The notes under the pieces are model-generated. The model had not been told where the DNA came from. It did not search any database and was given only the letters and a program-made list of their open reading frames with translations. Of a DNA stretch of 64,000 nucleotides, positions 44,142 through 64,000 are shown piece after piece. Position numbers and translations under genes: made by a program. The DNA is from Macrostomum lignano (taxonomy: Eukaryota): positions 1-64,000 of the forward strand of contig NIVC01003267.1 of NCBI GenBank assembly GCA_002269645.1, written 5' to 3'. Positions within the stretch are counted from its first letter, which is position 1. Every line of letters begins with the position of its first letter.

Positions 44142-46216
44142 TTGATTTGAAAAGCAAAAACGTATGCTAAAGTTTTCAGTTGGATCGATCGATGCATGTA
44201 TTTTATATAGAGTTTAGTTACTGCGGAGAAGTCAAGTAGGCTGCTGAACTCGAAAATGCTGCAAACTTTGTTGAAGACCATGCAGTTTTGGCAGTAGAAT
44301 GAATGCATTAGCGAGTTAGGAAGAGTTAATATTATATACTACACTCTCGTAGCACTCGAGTCCCAATAAGAGCATGTCACCCTTTTTTACATGGAATTTC
44401 CGAATTGCAAAGGACTAAATTAAGAACTATTATTATTTTTACAATGACTGCACAGGACATTTTATCAACGTATTATCAATTAACAAATTTTCCTTTATGG
44501 CTGCTACTAGCAGAGTTATCTAACAAAAGTTAATTTTAAATTATTTTATACAGGTAATACTCTGCTATTTTTACTATAAGTACAATATCAAGCCCACAAT
44601 TTTCTCGTCCGAATTCGCCAATGGCGAATCGTGTGATCTTTATCGTACTTTAGTGATAAACTGAAAACTCCCACTTCGCTTATGCGTTATTTTTTACCAA
44701 TAACACTGTCGCCACTGGTAACTTTGCTTGATAGCAGAATTTTAGTGCATCGGCTCACGTCCATGTGTGCATGTGAACACTCGACATTTTAAATTAAATA
44801 CGTTTTTAACAAAAATCATTTTTTATTTTTTAGCCTTAGAATTTCGTTTTTTTCCGAGAAACAAAATGCAATTACCAGCGGGAAAATAGTTTGAGCCAAG
44901 GACAGATCAAGCCATTTGCTTTGTTTTCATTGGGTTGTCACTCAAATCATCACTGGGATTATGCCAGGGTAATCATTGCGCTAATGTGTGCAGTGGATTG
45001 ATGGGCGTGTGCAGGGGATGGATGTGTGTGCGTAGGTCGATTGATGGATATGTGCTCAAGGACCACACTGCATGTGCTCGTGCTGCAGGTAGATTGACAT
45101 GAATGCTGTGGCTGCAAGCTGTAACAAACCCGAAAAATCACAACTCCGGAAATCGCTTTGCATCATGAACCCGAAATATCACAAAGTAACGCCCAGTTTT
45201 CGGAGTGATGACGACCCCATGTAACCTGCATCATCTTCTGTCATCTAAAAATCACCAAGTGACTCAGAGAATGTACAGTATTCCACACTTGCACTGGTGC
45301 ATGCCTACATGCATGCAATGGGAACACCCGTTGTTTGCCCACCGCACATTCAGCGCTCTTGAAAAGCATGTAGCACTTATCATATATGTAGGTTAATTAG
45401 GCAAGTAGACTTAATAACTCCGCAAACATGACCCGTCCCATGTAATGGTCTGCCTGCCGTTCGGTAAGCAGGTCAAAAATTTGTCCGGAGGTTGTCTGAC
45501 GATTTACAGCGCCACGAAGGCACCGAGTGCACATGGCTGACTACCGCTTGTTGTGGGTCGTCATTGGTCAGGGCGCCCCACAGCCTTCCTGTAAACATTT
45601 GAGTTCCCCAGTGTCCCATTTTTTTGCATGGATGCGCGTCTGATACTACTGACAGAAAAATCATTTTGCCACTTGCTCACTAAAAAAAGCAAAAAGCACA
45701 GAGTCAAAGGTGAAAGCTTGAGTTTTGATGATTCATCAGTTTATTAATAATTTCACAATCGTCGCGGCTCACTTGTTTGTCTAGCTAACAAAGTTGTCTG
45801 TTCGATAGAGAGAGCTAAGTGGGTAGAAAATGAAAAGGGACTGCGGGAACACAGTAATATGTAAATATATATGCGTGCATAGATTAAATAAATAATATAT
45901 GCATTAAGAAATCACTGCTCGCTCCTGACACAGAGAGCACTTTGCTGAGTTGCTTAACCAGAGCGCCGCCTCAGATCCGAGGGAGTAAAAAACAGGAGCA
46001 AAAAGAGAGCCGGGCAGACCCGGCTGTGTGCCAATTAAAAAATCTTCTCCCCCACGCCTTGAAGCCTTCGGAGAACGGAAAATGCCATATTCGAGTCAAG
46101 GTGCGCCGGGGGAGAAAGCGGAGTGCGCCGAACAGAACAATCAAAGCTGCTGGTCTCTGCTGCTACACGAAAGCAATGCAAGAATAACAAGTAAAATTTT
46201 CGGTCAGACACACTGG

Positions 46217-47205
46217 GCAGGGAGCGAGTCGCAGGGATTGAGAGCAGCCGGGGGGGGGGCAGGGAGCGAGTCGCAGGGATTGAGAGCAGCCGGGGGGGGG
46301 GGCAGGGAGCGAGTCGCAGGGATTGAGAGCAGCCGGGGGGCAGGGAGCGAGTCGAAGGGATTGAGAGCAGCCGGGGGGCAGGGAGCGAGTCGCAGGGATT
46401 GAGAGCAGCCGGGGGGCAGGGAGCGAGTCGCAGGGATTGAGAGCAGCCGGGGGGCAGGGAGCGAGTCGCAGGGATTGAGAGCAGCCGGGGGGGGCAGGGA
46501 GCGAGTCGCAGGGATTGAGAGCAGCCGGGGGGGGCAGGGAGCGAGTCGCAGGGATTGAGAGCAGCCGGGGGGGGCAGGGAGCGAGTCGCAGGGATTGAGA
46601 GCAGCCGGGGGGGGCAGGGAGCGAGTCGCAGGGATTGAGAGCAGCCGGGGGGGGCAGGGAGCGAGTCGCAGGGATTGAGTACAGATGGGGGGGCAGGGAG
46701 CGAGTCGCAGGGATTGAGAACAGAGGGGGAGCGAGTCGCAGGGATTGAGAACAGAGGGGGGAGCGAGTCGCAGGGATTGAGAACAGCCAGAGGGGGAGCG
46801 AGTCGCAGGGATTGAGAACAGCCAGAGGGGGAGCGAGTCGCAGGGATTGAGAACAGCCAGAGGGGGAGCGAGTCGCAGGGATTGAGAACAGCCAGAGGGG
46901 GAGCGAGTCGCAGGGATTGAGAACAGCCAGAGGGGGAGCGAGTCGCAGGGATTGAGAACAGCCAGAGGGGGAGCGAGTCGCAGGGATTGAGAACAGCCAG
47001 AGGGGGAGCGAGTCGCAGGGATTGAGAACAGCCAGAGGGGGAGCGAGTCGCAGGGATTGAGAACAGCCAGAGGGGGAGCGAGTCGCAGGGATTGAGAACA
47101 GCCAGAGGGGGAGCGAGTCGCAGGGATTGAGAACAGCCAGAGGGGGAGCGAGTCGCAGGGATTGAGAACAGCCAGAGGGGGAGCGAGTCGCAGGGATTGA
47201 GAGCA
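46217..47205 (+). repeat. G-rich minisatellite in two sub-arrays (unit 33-38 bp)
   Basis: GGGAGCGAGTCGCAGGGATTGAGA(G/A)CAGCC with variable G-runs, then a homogeneous 35-bp variant. Confidence 0.96.
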
Positions 47206-47963
47206 GATTGTACAGCCAGAACAGCCGGGGGTGACAGCAAATTAAGTGAAAACGAACTGAGATCGCGGTGAAATCAGAGAGCGGCTCTGGCCAGCCCCGC
47301 CTGGGCACCAGCAGATCCGGAACTGCCTATCCGATCCCTGTTGAGATTCTAATTCTGGTTAGTTCTAAATTTCTGTGCTCGAAGCTCAGAGCTCAGAAGG
47401 TCCAGACGGGAACTGCTGCTAGTAGCAACCAATGCAAGCAACACGAAAAACCCTACCTACACTACTAGCTAAGGGAATGCCTCCCCAAGTTCCGCCGCCC
47501 AGCTGTGGGCGGGAATGCTCGAATGCGGCCAAGAACTGGCATCCAGATGGACTGGGCGGCGGCGGGGCGGGCAGTGCGCGATGAGGGGTGACAGTGCGAG
47601 GCGAGTAACTGAAAGAAACCTCCTTGGAAAACAATCGAACAGAAGCGGATGTTGGACGAGGAAAATTCAGTCATTTCTATGCAATCGTCTGCAGTTTTTA
47701 TAGAAACAAAACCGACTGCGACTTCGGGGAGGGCGGCTCGCCAGCCAGCTAAACTGCCGGTTGCTGGGCCGGGGTAGCAGGAGAAAGAAATATTCGAAAT
47801 TGTGCTACTTATAGCAGTACTAAGGTCAGCAAATAGCGGTAAAATTTCAGACAGCAAAGCGAGATTAAGATGAAAGGCGTCGAGACTTCGGGCTTAGGGA
47901 GGGGGCGAGAGAAGACACGGAGATGAGGCGGACAGCCTCCTGCTTCATCGCAGAGCGGCGATC

Positions 47964-54984
<7,021 letters not shown>

Positions 54985-55230
54985 CCAAGCCAGCGGATTA
55001 TCACTTCCGGCTTGTTTTTAAAATTTATTTCTCTTCGAAGCGATGAAGTGCACAGTCTCCCGTGCGACAGACTCGAAAGCACTTTGTTTCTCGTAGATTT
55101 TGTCAATGCAGAAGCATTTTAAGGACTTGACTATAAGCCGGCTCTGGGCCGCGGCAGCCAAAGTCCGGCCATAGACAGTAGAAGCTTGGGATAGAGATGG
55201 GGGGAGGCAAAATATAAAAATTCGCCTTAC

Positions 55231-55324
55231 CTTCTGTTCGTGTTGCCGCCGAGCTTGTTGTTGGCCGCGGCCGCTTTGAGGCGAGCGTTCTGCTTGCTGC
55301 GCTTCTTGTTCTGCCGCACCAGAG
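55231..55324 (-). CDS. SRPK: Probable additional 5' coding exon of SRPK
   Basis: Flanked by TGTAG and GTAAGG; encodes ALVRQNKKRSKQNARLK, similar to the SRPK1 N-terminal VLALQARKKRTK. Confidence 0.5.
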
Positions 55325-56294
55325 CTACAGAGGACGGAGGATTGAAGACGTGAACTGGCAAAGTTTTGCCAAATTTTAGGATAAACAATAATGTTTAGCT
55401 ATCGATTGATCCATTTCAGTCTCCATTTCAGTGGGGTATATATAGAGTATATAGTCTATTTTTAAACCCATTAACTCTCTCTGGGCCTTGATCGGTAAAG
55501 AGGCAGGTGGAAGTTAGGGTGGCTGCCTTGCTCACAAAAACAGTCTAACTTTAAAAGTGCACAGCACCATTCAAGATTAACTTTAAGACTTGAAATTTTA
55601 CATGATTGCGCCAAAATAGTTCAAGATTGTTTATGTCAAATTTGAAGACAATTGGTAAAAGTGGAGTGGCGCTATGGAGGATTTAGTGAAAAATGTGCAT
55701 TTTGAGTAGTTTTTTTTGCAGTAGAAAGACTTGAGTTGAGGAAATTTTAAGATAGCCTAAGACATTTTCCATAGTGAGTTTAGGGTGGATGCTAACTTGA
55801 TATAATTTGGTTAAGAAGTTTGGGAGTCCATAGTGATCAAATTTGTCTACAGACAGACATAGTTTTCATTTTTATAGGTAGAGATAATATGACCAATTAT
55901 TTAACATAATAGAATAAGATTTCTTTTCTCATTATATAACTATTGTTATCAATATTATATAAAAATTGCAAGCTGCATAATAATAGTATAATTACAATTA
56001 CTTACTTGTTTTATATCCCTATTATTCATAGTTAATGACTCAATTATCACTGAAATTTGCTTGCAAAAGATTAGCCTGCCAAGATTGTACCACCAAGATT
56101 TGCCAATAGTGCATTTTGCCTATGATTGAATTGCCTGCAAGCAAATTACTGGCTAATTTTTTCTTGCTTACTTTGCCTAAAATGCTTTTTTTCTATAGTA
56201 TATACTAGATTTTGTCTGCATTGCTTCCTAATGCTTAGAATTTTTAAGTATTAATAAAAAGATTTAGGAATCAAAGTGACCCCTGGCTTTAAAA

Positions 56295-56563
56295 AGCCAA
56301 TCTGGCCAACCGATTTGGTGGCCACCAAGGTAAGTTGCAAAAATGCCCACCCAAATAAATACCCAAGTAGTACTAAGTAGATAACGAGACATTTTGCCTT
56401 AATAAGATAGTCATAATTACTTCTGCTATTTACCAAAAGTTGCATTAATTTTGCTTTAGGGTTTATTTTATATGTAATTTGCATTTTTGGACAAAAAGTA
56501 CATCACATTTTTGTTAAAACTAAGTTGCATGGCCAACTGAAGTTTGGAGGTTGTATATGTATG
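56295..56563 (-). mobile_element. MITE with a 28S-like core, older degenerate copy
   Basis: Colinear with copy 1; one TIR degenerate (GTTGTATATGTATG), the other lost. Confidence 0.75.
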
Positions 56564-56949
56564 GATTAACTCATGACAAGGTATGGCCAATATGTAACAA
56601 AAAAATTATTTTTTTTAGTAGCTACATATAGTATTATTCTTATTAAGAAATTTAATTTAATTTAATTTTTTATTTTAGTTAAAAAACTTAAAAATTCAAG
56701 ATGCAAAAACTTCTATTTGCTAAAAAATTCAAATTAAAAAGCTCTGACTACTTGGGATTTGAACCTTGCTATACATAATCACAAGGCAATTGACATATCC
56801 ACTTAAGCCACCATTTGCCTATAAGAGAGCCCTACAGAATACACATTTTATATTGATAATTATAGCCATGCCTATAAGCTCAAATAATATAGACACAGCT
56901 ACTATGCCTATAAGCTCCATATTTATAGACATGGCTGCCATGCTTATAA

Positions 56950-59316
56950 GGGTCCCTAGACATTTTGGTGACAAGACATTTCAGTGACAGCCTTTTTGGT
57001 TACAGTTTAGGATGTTTTGGTGACAAATTTAGACAATTTGGTGACACATTTTAAAAATATAAGTTAATTTTGTCTGTAAGATAATATACTCATGAACAAG
57101 AGTTAATACTTAAAACTTATCATATTTTATTGTTTTATGTTGATTTTGTCACTGACATACTTACTTTGCTATATCTATACACTTAATTGGGTCCTGCACC
57201 TGTTTAGATAAAAGGTCAGTTGGCCGAGGTGACACATGGCAAGCCGCTTATTTTATACACTGCATCATTGTGACATAATCTGCATTGATATACTTATATC
57301 CAGGGCAACATGTAGCATATTTTTACTGCAAAATTGATGCAAACAAATGTTGTGGTTGTACATGTACATACTATACTTTACATGTATATCAGTATAGTAT
57401 TACCTCCTGATGATTGCAAATCTCAACAGTAAGCTTGTTGAGTAAACCCATTGTGCTTACTGGGATTTCAATATCTATATGCATTTACTAACAATGCAAA
57501 TTCTGGAATGGCAAGCACCAATGATTTGGTTGTGCATTTGCTACCATTCTAAAGCAAAATCTTTGTTAGCAGACAAGCATTGCGCTCATGGTGATATAAT
57601 ATTTGTTTTGAGGGTCTTCCCAAGTGCTAGTGTTTGTAGCTATAATTTTCACTGGACTCAAGCAGTTTGGCACAAAGTCCAGAACATAGGACTTCAACAG
57701 TTCTATCAAGAAGATAAAGGCATACAAAAGTTTGTCTGGAAAATTATAGCCTTGCTTTATTTGCTTGCGGACACTATTGTGGCAGCCTTTGATGAGCTTT
57801 GGTCAGAAAATGCCATTGCAGCTAACGAACTGATGGGTTTGGCCTTTTTAAGCCTATAGCTTTGGGCCTCAGAACTCAGAAAGGAATCTCTTAGAACTCT
57901 GGCCTCTTATTCCTATCAGATGGTCAGTCCTAAGGTAGCTAGATTGTGGGCAAGCAGCAATATCCTATAGCTGAGAGAAGAGAGCGAGAGACAGACACTG
58001 GCTTACCAAACTGGAGCTATCAAAGTCGGACTTCCAACTAGAGGGGCACTGCACTTGCCATCTAGAGGGGCACTGCACTTGCTTGCACGCTAGATGGCAC
58101 CTGCCATCTAACATCTTTTAGCTGTCTATCTTGAAGTCATAGCGGAATAGAAGGGACATTGCTAGGACTAAGATTGCATTGGCCATGCAGGGACAAAGAC
58201 AACTTTTGCAGGGGGTTCTTGTGCTGGCAAGCCTTTATGGCAAGCCTTAACACGTCGACAGATAGTGATGATATAGGTATATTGTCACATTTGGAGACCC
58301 TTAGCCTAACATTTAACTCGTTCTAGCTGCTTAGCTGCTTGAGACTGCATGAAGGCACCAGTCTGGCACTTAATTTGCATGCTTATCATGATTACCTAGA
58401 TCGACTAATTGACTAGGAACTGTGTTGCTTCTGGTCAGCTGTGACCTTTGCCTCTAGATCAAGTCACTCGTCTTAGCTAGCATTGCGAAAAATAAAGAAA
58501 AAACTAAGTCAAAATTTTCTGAATGGTCCAGCCAGGGATGGTCAGGTCAACTTTGATTGGCTGAGCTCAAGACCCCAAGGAAGTTGACAAGTGCAGTCAT
58601 AAATCATGAAAAAAACTGAATAAAAGTCACTTGTCTAGACATCCTAGCACCAAAAGTGATTGCAAAAAGCCCATAACTCGAAGGAAAAGGTAATAGAGCA
58701 AGTGGGAAAGAGACTAGAAAGACCTCCTTGACCCAGACAGGCTGGATCCAAAAGTGACAGCTAGACTGCAAAAAATCACTAAAAATAGTGAAAAAGTCAC
58801 AAATCAGGGGGTCAGAATGAGATAAAAACATTTTTCCCAGACTTAGTATTGCCTGTCTAGAGTGTTAGAGGTCATTCTACCTCAGACCCAGATAGCCCAA
58901 CCTGTAGCCACAGCACTATAGCTATATGAGCTAATAATTAACTAACAATAACTGTTAAAATATACTCATAAAAATATTATGCTTTTGACATAAATTTCCT
59001 TGATTTTGCAATAATCAATAAGGCCCTAGACCTACTAAATCATAAGCCCTTAACTTTCATAAAATAAATTTAAGTGTAGAGATATAACAAAGTCAGTGAC
59101 GAAATCAATACAAAAACAATAAAATATGATGAGTTTTGAGCATTAACTCTTGTTTATAAGTATATTATATTAGAAACAAAATCAACTTTAATTTTTGTTT
59201 AAAACATATTTTTAAAACCTGTCCTTGAATTGTCTTAAATTGTCACTGAAACATCCAAAATTGTCACTGAAAAGGCTGTCACCAAAACGTTTAGTCACCG
59301 AAATGTCCAGGGACCC
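56950..59316 (+). mobile_element. Decayed MULE/Mutator element
   Basis: TIRs GGGTCCCTAGACATTTTGGTGAC and GTCACCGAAATGTCCAGGGACCC with GTGAC subterminal arrays; transposase relic FHWTQAVWHKVQNIGLQQFY..IVAAFDEL near 57640-57800; no TSD found. Confidence 0.75.
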
Positions 59317-59757
59317 CAGTATATTGAAATATATATATATATAAAACAAAAACTGATCAAATAGTATAATTTTCATGAAAATAAGTTATGCTATTTTTCT
59401 GAAACCAATCATATAATATATGGACAGACAAACCTTTATACTTTAGTAGATAAATAAAAAGCAGGCCTATGGCTATGTTATAACTATTGTATGTGTATAC
59501 TATCAAATAAATTATTTTTCAAATTACAAACCTTTATTAAATACCTTTTAAACTTTGTCTAACTTGGAATATTCCAACCATTATTCTAACTTATAATGTG
59601 GTTAACTTACAAGTTGGAATATTCCGACTCTTATTTTGACTAATAATTTAATGTTGCAAAATCTAATTTATCATTCCAATTTTTATTCTGATTGATTATT
59701 AAATACAGGCACCATAGTCAGGAAGATGGCATTTTACTTGGAAAATTCTGGCATACA

Positions 59758-60054
59758 CATACATGCGCAACAGTCGGCCGAGTCGGCCGATCCGGCCGAC
59801 TGATTTGGCAGCCAACCAAGGAAGTCGCAAAAATGCCCACCCAAAAAATACCCACGCAGTAGTACTAAGTAGCTGACGAGGCATTTTTGCCTGATAAGAC
59901 AGTCATAGTTACTCCCGCCGTTTACCCAAAGTTGCGTTAATTTTGCTTTAGGGTTTTTTTACATGTAAGTCGCATTTTTGGCCAAAAACTACGTCGCATT
60001 TTTGTTAAAACTAAGTCGCACGGCCGACCGAATTTTGGACGTTGCGCATGTATG
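59758..60054 (-). mobile_element. MITE with a 28S-like core, copy 3
   Basis: TIR CATACATGCGCAAC, 8-bp TSD GGCATACA. Confidence 0.93.
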
Positions 60055-60877
60055 GGCATACACAAGGAAATTTTGGGCCAATTTTGGCATACACGGTGTA
60101 CCACAGTTTAAAGAAAGTACCCCATGGCATGCAATGGCATGCCACAACACACAATTGTATGCCGCGCCACCATGGGCGTAGGGCTCTGCCCACCCACAAT
60201 ATCCAGAATCCTGATGCATAAAATATATTAAAAAAATTTTTTTTAAACTGAAAAGGAAAGAAAAAATGTTTTTTTCCAGTGCTAATTTTTTTGTTAACGT
60301 CATTAAAATTTCAACACAAATGAAAACTTTGTTTAAATTTGACTATTATAAAGAGATGTTCTGAAATTTTGATTTAAATTTCAATTTTCCAAAATTTGGA
60401 TTTTTTAGAGCAAATTTCGATTTTGAAAAAATTAGCAGTAAATTAAAAGTAGAAAAGTGAGTGTTTGTTGTAATAAACTTTGTTTTTCTAAATTTTGATT
60501 ATGGAAAATTTTGATTTCGATTTCAGAAAGTAACAAATTTTGATTTCTAATCCTTCATGTGCACTGCTACCCCACCCCCCCCCCCTAGTCCATCCAGGTT
60601 CCAATCTCAGTGTACACGGTGTAGCACTTTTTTTACCAACTTTATATTCTGGCGTACCCGTGCCATGATCCTGACTATGGTATAGGCAATTGAATCAGAA
60701 TTTATCAATTGATATGACCATCTTTCTGGCCTTTTAAAAATGCCATATAGAGTCAAGGACATTATTTACTATAATGCTATATTAGCCAATCACAGTAAAA
60801 AATCTGAGGCCACAATTGTATAGATTGTTTCATACTTCTGTCAATTAAATGAAAATGCAATTTATCATAAACTAATT

Positions 60878-61164
60878 CATACATGCGCAACAGTCGGCCA
60901 AGTCGGCCGACCGATTTGGTGGCCAACCAAGGAAGTCACAAAAATGCCAACCCGAAAAAACACGGAGTAGTAGTACTAAGTAGCTGACGAGGCATTTTGG
61001 CTTTATAAGACAGTCATAGTTACTCCTGCCATTTACCTAAAGTTGCGTTAATTTTGCTTTTGGGTTTTTTACATGTAAGTCAAATTTTTGGCCAAAAACT
61101 ACGTTGCATTTTTGTTAAAACTAAGTCGCACGGCCGACTGAAATTTGGAGGTTGCGCATGTATG
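60878..61164 (-). mobile_element. MITE with a 28S-like core, copy 4, nested in another inverted-repeat element (about 60600-61260)
   Basis: TIR CATACATGCGCAAC, 8-bp TSD AACTAATT. Confidence 0.93.
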
Positions 61165-61492
61165 AACTAATTGTAGACCCATAGTCAGGATCATGTCATG
61201 GTATACGCAGGAATAAAAAGTCCCCTAAAAAAATCTATGCCACTTCATACTGAAATGTACACCAAGGTCCTAGGAACTTGCGCCAGGTTTTCTAGGCTTT
61301 GCGACAATAAATGACCTTTTTTGCGTGTTACACATTTTTAACAATAAAAATTTAACAAATGTGTGGTTTTCATTTAAAGTAAATTGGCTTATAGATAATG
61401 CCAACAAAAATCAATTTTTTGTGTAAGTTTTTTTCAGAAAATTTACATGATTAGTTTGCGTGGAATTTTAAATTTTTATAAATCACAAATAG

Positions 61493-63465
61493 GGGTGCAC
61501 AACAATTGACTGCCACAATTTGACTGCCACAATTTGACTGCGATCAATTTGACTGCGGACAATTTGACTGGCGAGCAATTTGACTGCGAACAAAATGACT
61601 GCAGGCTCATTCCATATAAGCATGGTCGTAACATGACAGGTTATTTTTACTTATAAAATGAAATCTAATAATAGAATATACTAAACCAATATTTTAAATG
61701 AAAGATTATTTTGTCTAGAATATATTTATAGAGTTTCATATAGATATCATCATTAGTATAGATGCTATTAAACCTTAAATGACACTTATGGTCGTAACGA
61801 CAGGATTTTTGACATATAGAAACTAAAAAGTAAAAGTCTTATAACATTTTTCATTTTTGATATTTTGCAATACATTTTTAAAATTTTGACTAAGAACATC
61901 TTTAGAAATCATACTCTTTTATTAGAATATATAAACTCAAAAGGCAACAAAGATACAAAAGAAAAGGCAGCCTTATGGTCGTAACATATTTTTTTCTGTC
62001 AATTCAGTAACTTTGAGGTACTAATACATTAAAAATATAATAGATTATTTGGTCACTAATGCTTTTATCTGATGATGCAAGTACTATACTTTTATCTATA
62101 GTTTGTTTCAACCTTCAAAAGCTTTCTATTTGTTTTTAAAAGGTACAAAATCTTAATGATGTCTTTTGCTTTGAAAAATGTCCAAATTTTTACAAAAATG
62201 ACTTTTTGCTAATTGATAACATACTAATCCAACATTTTACTATTCCTTTATTTTTAGATTGTATATATTGCACAATATAAACATTTGGTAAAAAAATAGG
62301 CTAATTAGGCAATGGCAAGCAAAAATATTGACTTTTTTCTATTTTCCAAATATGTCCATCTTATATGGAATGAGCCTGCAGACAAAATGACTGCGGAAAT
62401 TTGACTACTGACAATATGACTGCGGCAATTTGACTGCCAGCAAAATGACTGTGGCAATTTGACTGCCGAGCAATTTGACTGCCAGCAAAATGATTGCCAG
62501 AAAAATGATGCTCCTAAAGTTTAGCACTCTGTCAACCCTTTTAAGTCTATGCATTTGTGAAATATTGTATTTATGAGCTAGAATAATGCAGAACAGAACA
62601 CATAACTTTTATATAACAAGCTATAACAGCTGTTGAAACTTGCGGATTTTGAACAGTGGGAAATGGGAATTCCAATCTTAGGAACCATTTTGCATATATT
62701 CTAAAATCTGAAGTTAAACTCAAGCAAAAACTTTTATTATTAGAGTTAAACATAACATATATTACATTCGTGTAAAATTAGGATTGGAGGCAAACTATTG
62801 ATATTATTGGCTGGGGTGCGGCGCAGAATGTCAGAAAAACTCTGGCCTCTACTTCTGCCTCTTGATCCCTATGTTCCTTGCATCCTTTGAACCTTCTATC
62901 TTCTCTTCTGTTTTCTCATTTCTCTCTCGTCTCTTCTTTCTTGTCTCTGCTCTCTCATCTCCCCTCTCTTATCTGTCATCTTTACTCTTTTATACTGGTA
63001 TGTTCTCTCACCTTTCTCCTCTGTACTCTTCTCTTTCCCCTCTTTTGACTCCTTTCTTTCCTTAGTCCTTTTCTTTTCCCTCTTCTATACTCTCTCCCCT
63101 TTATTCACTTCTCTCATCTTTCTGCACTCTGCTCTCTCCGCCTTCATCTCTCATCTCTCTCTCCTTTTTTGCATAACTAGAATGCGCCTAACATTGAGAG
63201 AGAGGCGAACATTGAGGGACTAGGGGAGAGAGGAGGAGGAGTGGCCTCTTGTTTTTTATATTGTCGGCAGTCAAATTGCCACAGTCATTTTGTTGGCAGT
63301 CAAATTTCCGCAGTCATTTTGTCGGCAGTCAAATTGTCGGCAGTCATTTTGTCGGCAGTCAAATTGTCGGCAGTCATTTTGTCCGTAGTCATTTTGTTTG
63401 TAGTCATTTTGTCGGCAGTCAAATTGCTTGGCAATCAAATTGTGGCAGTCAATTGTCGTAGACCC
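61493..63465. mobile_element. Non-autonomous Mutator-type element containing a nested TIR element at 61604-62376
   Basis: GGG..ACAATTGACTGCC and GGCAGTCAATTGTCGTAGACCC ends, 15-bp subterminal arrays, 9-bp TSD CAC(A/G)AATAG. The inner element has TIR GGCTCATTCCATATAAG flanked by TGCA on both sides. Confidence 0.75.
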
Positions 63466-64000
63466 CACGAATAGTTATGAACTTTCATCTTACGAGTTTT
63501 ACGGTTTTTATGATTTTATAATAAGATTCTGAGGTTAAGGCATTATGCCAACAATTGTTAATATTAACTTTGGCATGAAGGTTGGAGTTGGCATACGCTG
63601 CTTGGCGTATTTATGCCACGGCATTACGCCAAGAGGTATGCCAAATATATTTTGCCTCATTTTTTACACCAATTGTACGCAAAAAAGTAAAATTTTCAAT
63701 TGTTCGCCGGATATTTCTGGCATAATTTACATCATCCTAACTATGATTGTAGACTTGAGGTTGACTTAAAACAAAATATGCATAAAATGAAGCAAAGTTT
63801 AAAATAATTGTTTGCCTAAATTTTAAAAATAAATTAAATTAAATTAAATTATGGGTTGGATTAAGAGTCAGAATGATATTTATACTCTTGCAATTGTATT
63901 TAATAATCACTTGGAATAATAGTTGGAATATTCCAACTTGTAATTTAACTGCATTACAAGTCAGAATAATGGTTGGATTATTCCAAGTTGGACAAAGTTC

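Larger units (their letters stand above)
59551..64000. mobile_element. Outer TIR element hosting nested insertions; the right TIR may run past the window end
   Basis: 59551-59625 (AACTTTGTCTAACTTGGAATATTCCAACC..) is inverted at about 63925-63999. Confidence 0.65.

Noticed and set aside
46035-47308. 401-aa and 381-aa minus-strand ORFs
   Set aside because: Minisatellite translations.
57927-57939. GTCCTAAGGTAGC, a partial I-CeuI/23S rRNA match
   Set aside because: Only 13 nt, with no flanking rRNA similarity; compatible with chance.
59870-59912. Hammerhead-like CTGACGA-GGCA-TTTT-TGCC in the MITE
   Set aside because: GAAA is missing, stem I does not pair, the stem is not kept in other copies, and the sequence is simply antisense 28S-like.

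Overview
Eukaryotic (animal) genomic window. Bases 1 to about 11,200 are an endogenous Polinton/Maverick (adintovirus-like) virus. It has a frameshifted protein-primed PolB C-terminus, an adenain-type protease, a frameshifted membrane-active protein, an A32/FtsK packaging ATPase, two putative core proteins, open major and minor capsid genes and an HTH protein. No integrase or terminal inverted repeat is visible in the window. The best candidate for a new system lies between the minor capsid gene and the HTH gene. There, an array of 34-bp palindromes brackets a canonical type I hammerhead ribozyme (8184-8226, minus strand), which sits between a TATA box and a perfect Pol III B box. The remaining sequence is host DNA: two GPCRs, CHP, an Ikaros/Hunchback-type zinc-finger gene, MARCH5, PFDN4 and SRPK. 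These are interspersed with many minisatellites and nested DNA transposons (hAT, Merlin, MULE, Tc1). A MITE family present in four copies carries a 28S rRNA segment altered exactly at the R2/I-PpoI target, and an SRPK intron holds a second, internally deleted 28S-like sequence. GC-rich, intron-poor genes with minisatellite-filled introns resemble the flatworm Macrostomum, but this is inference only. No database searches or folding programs were run.
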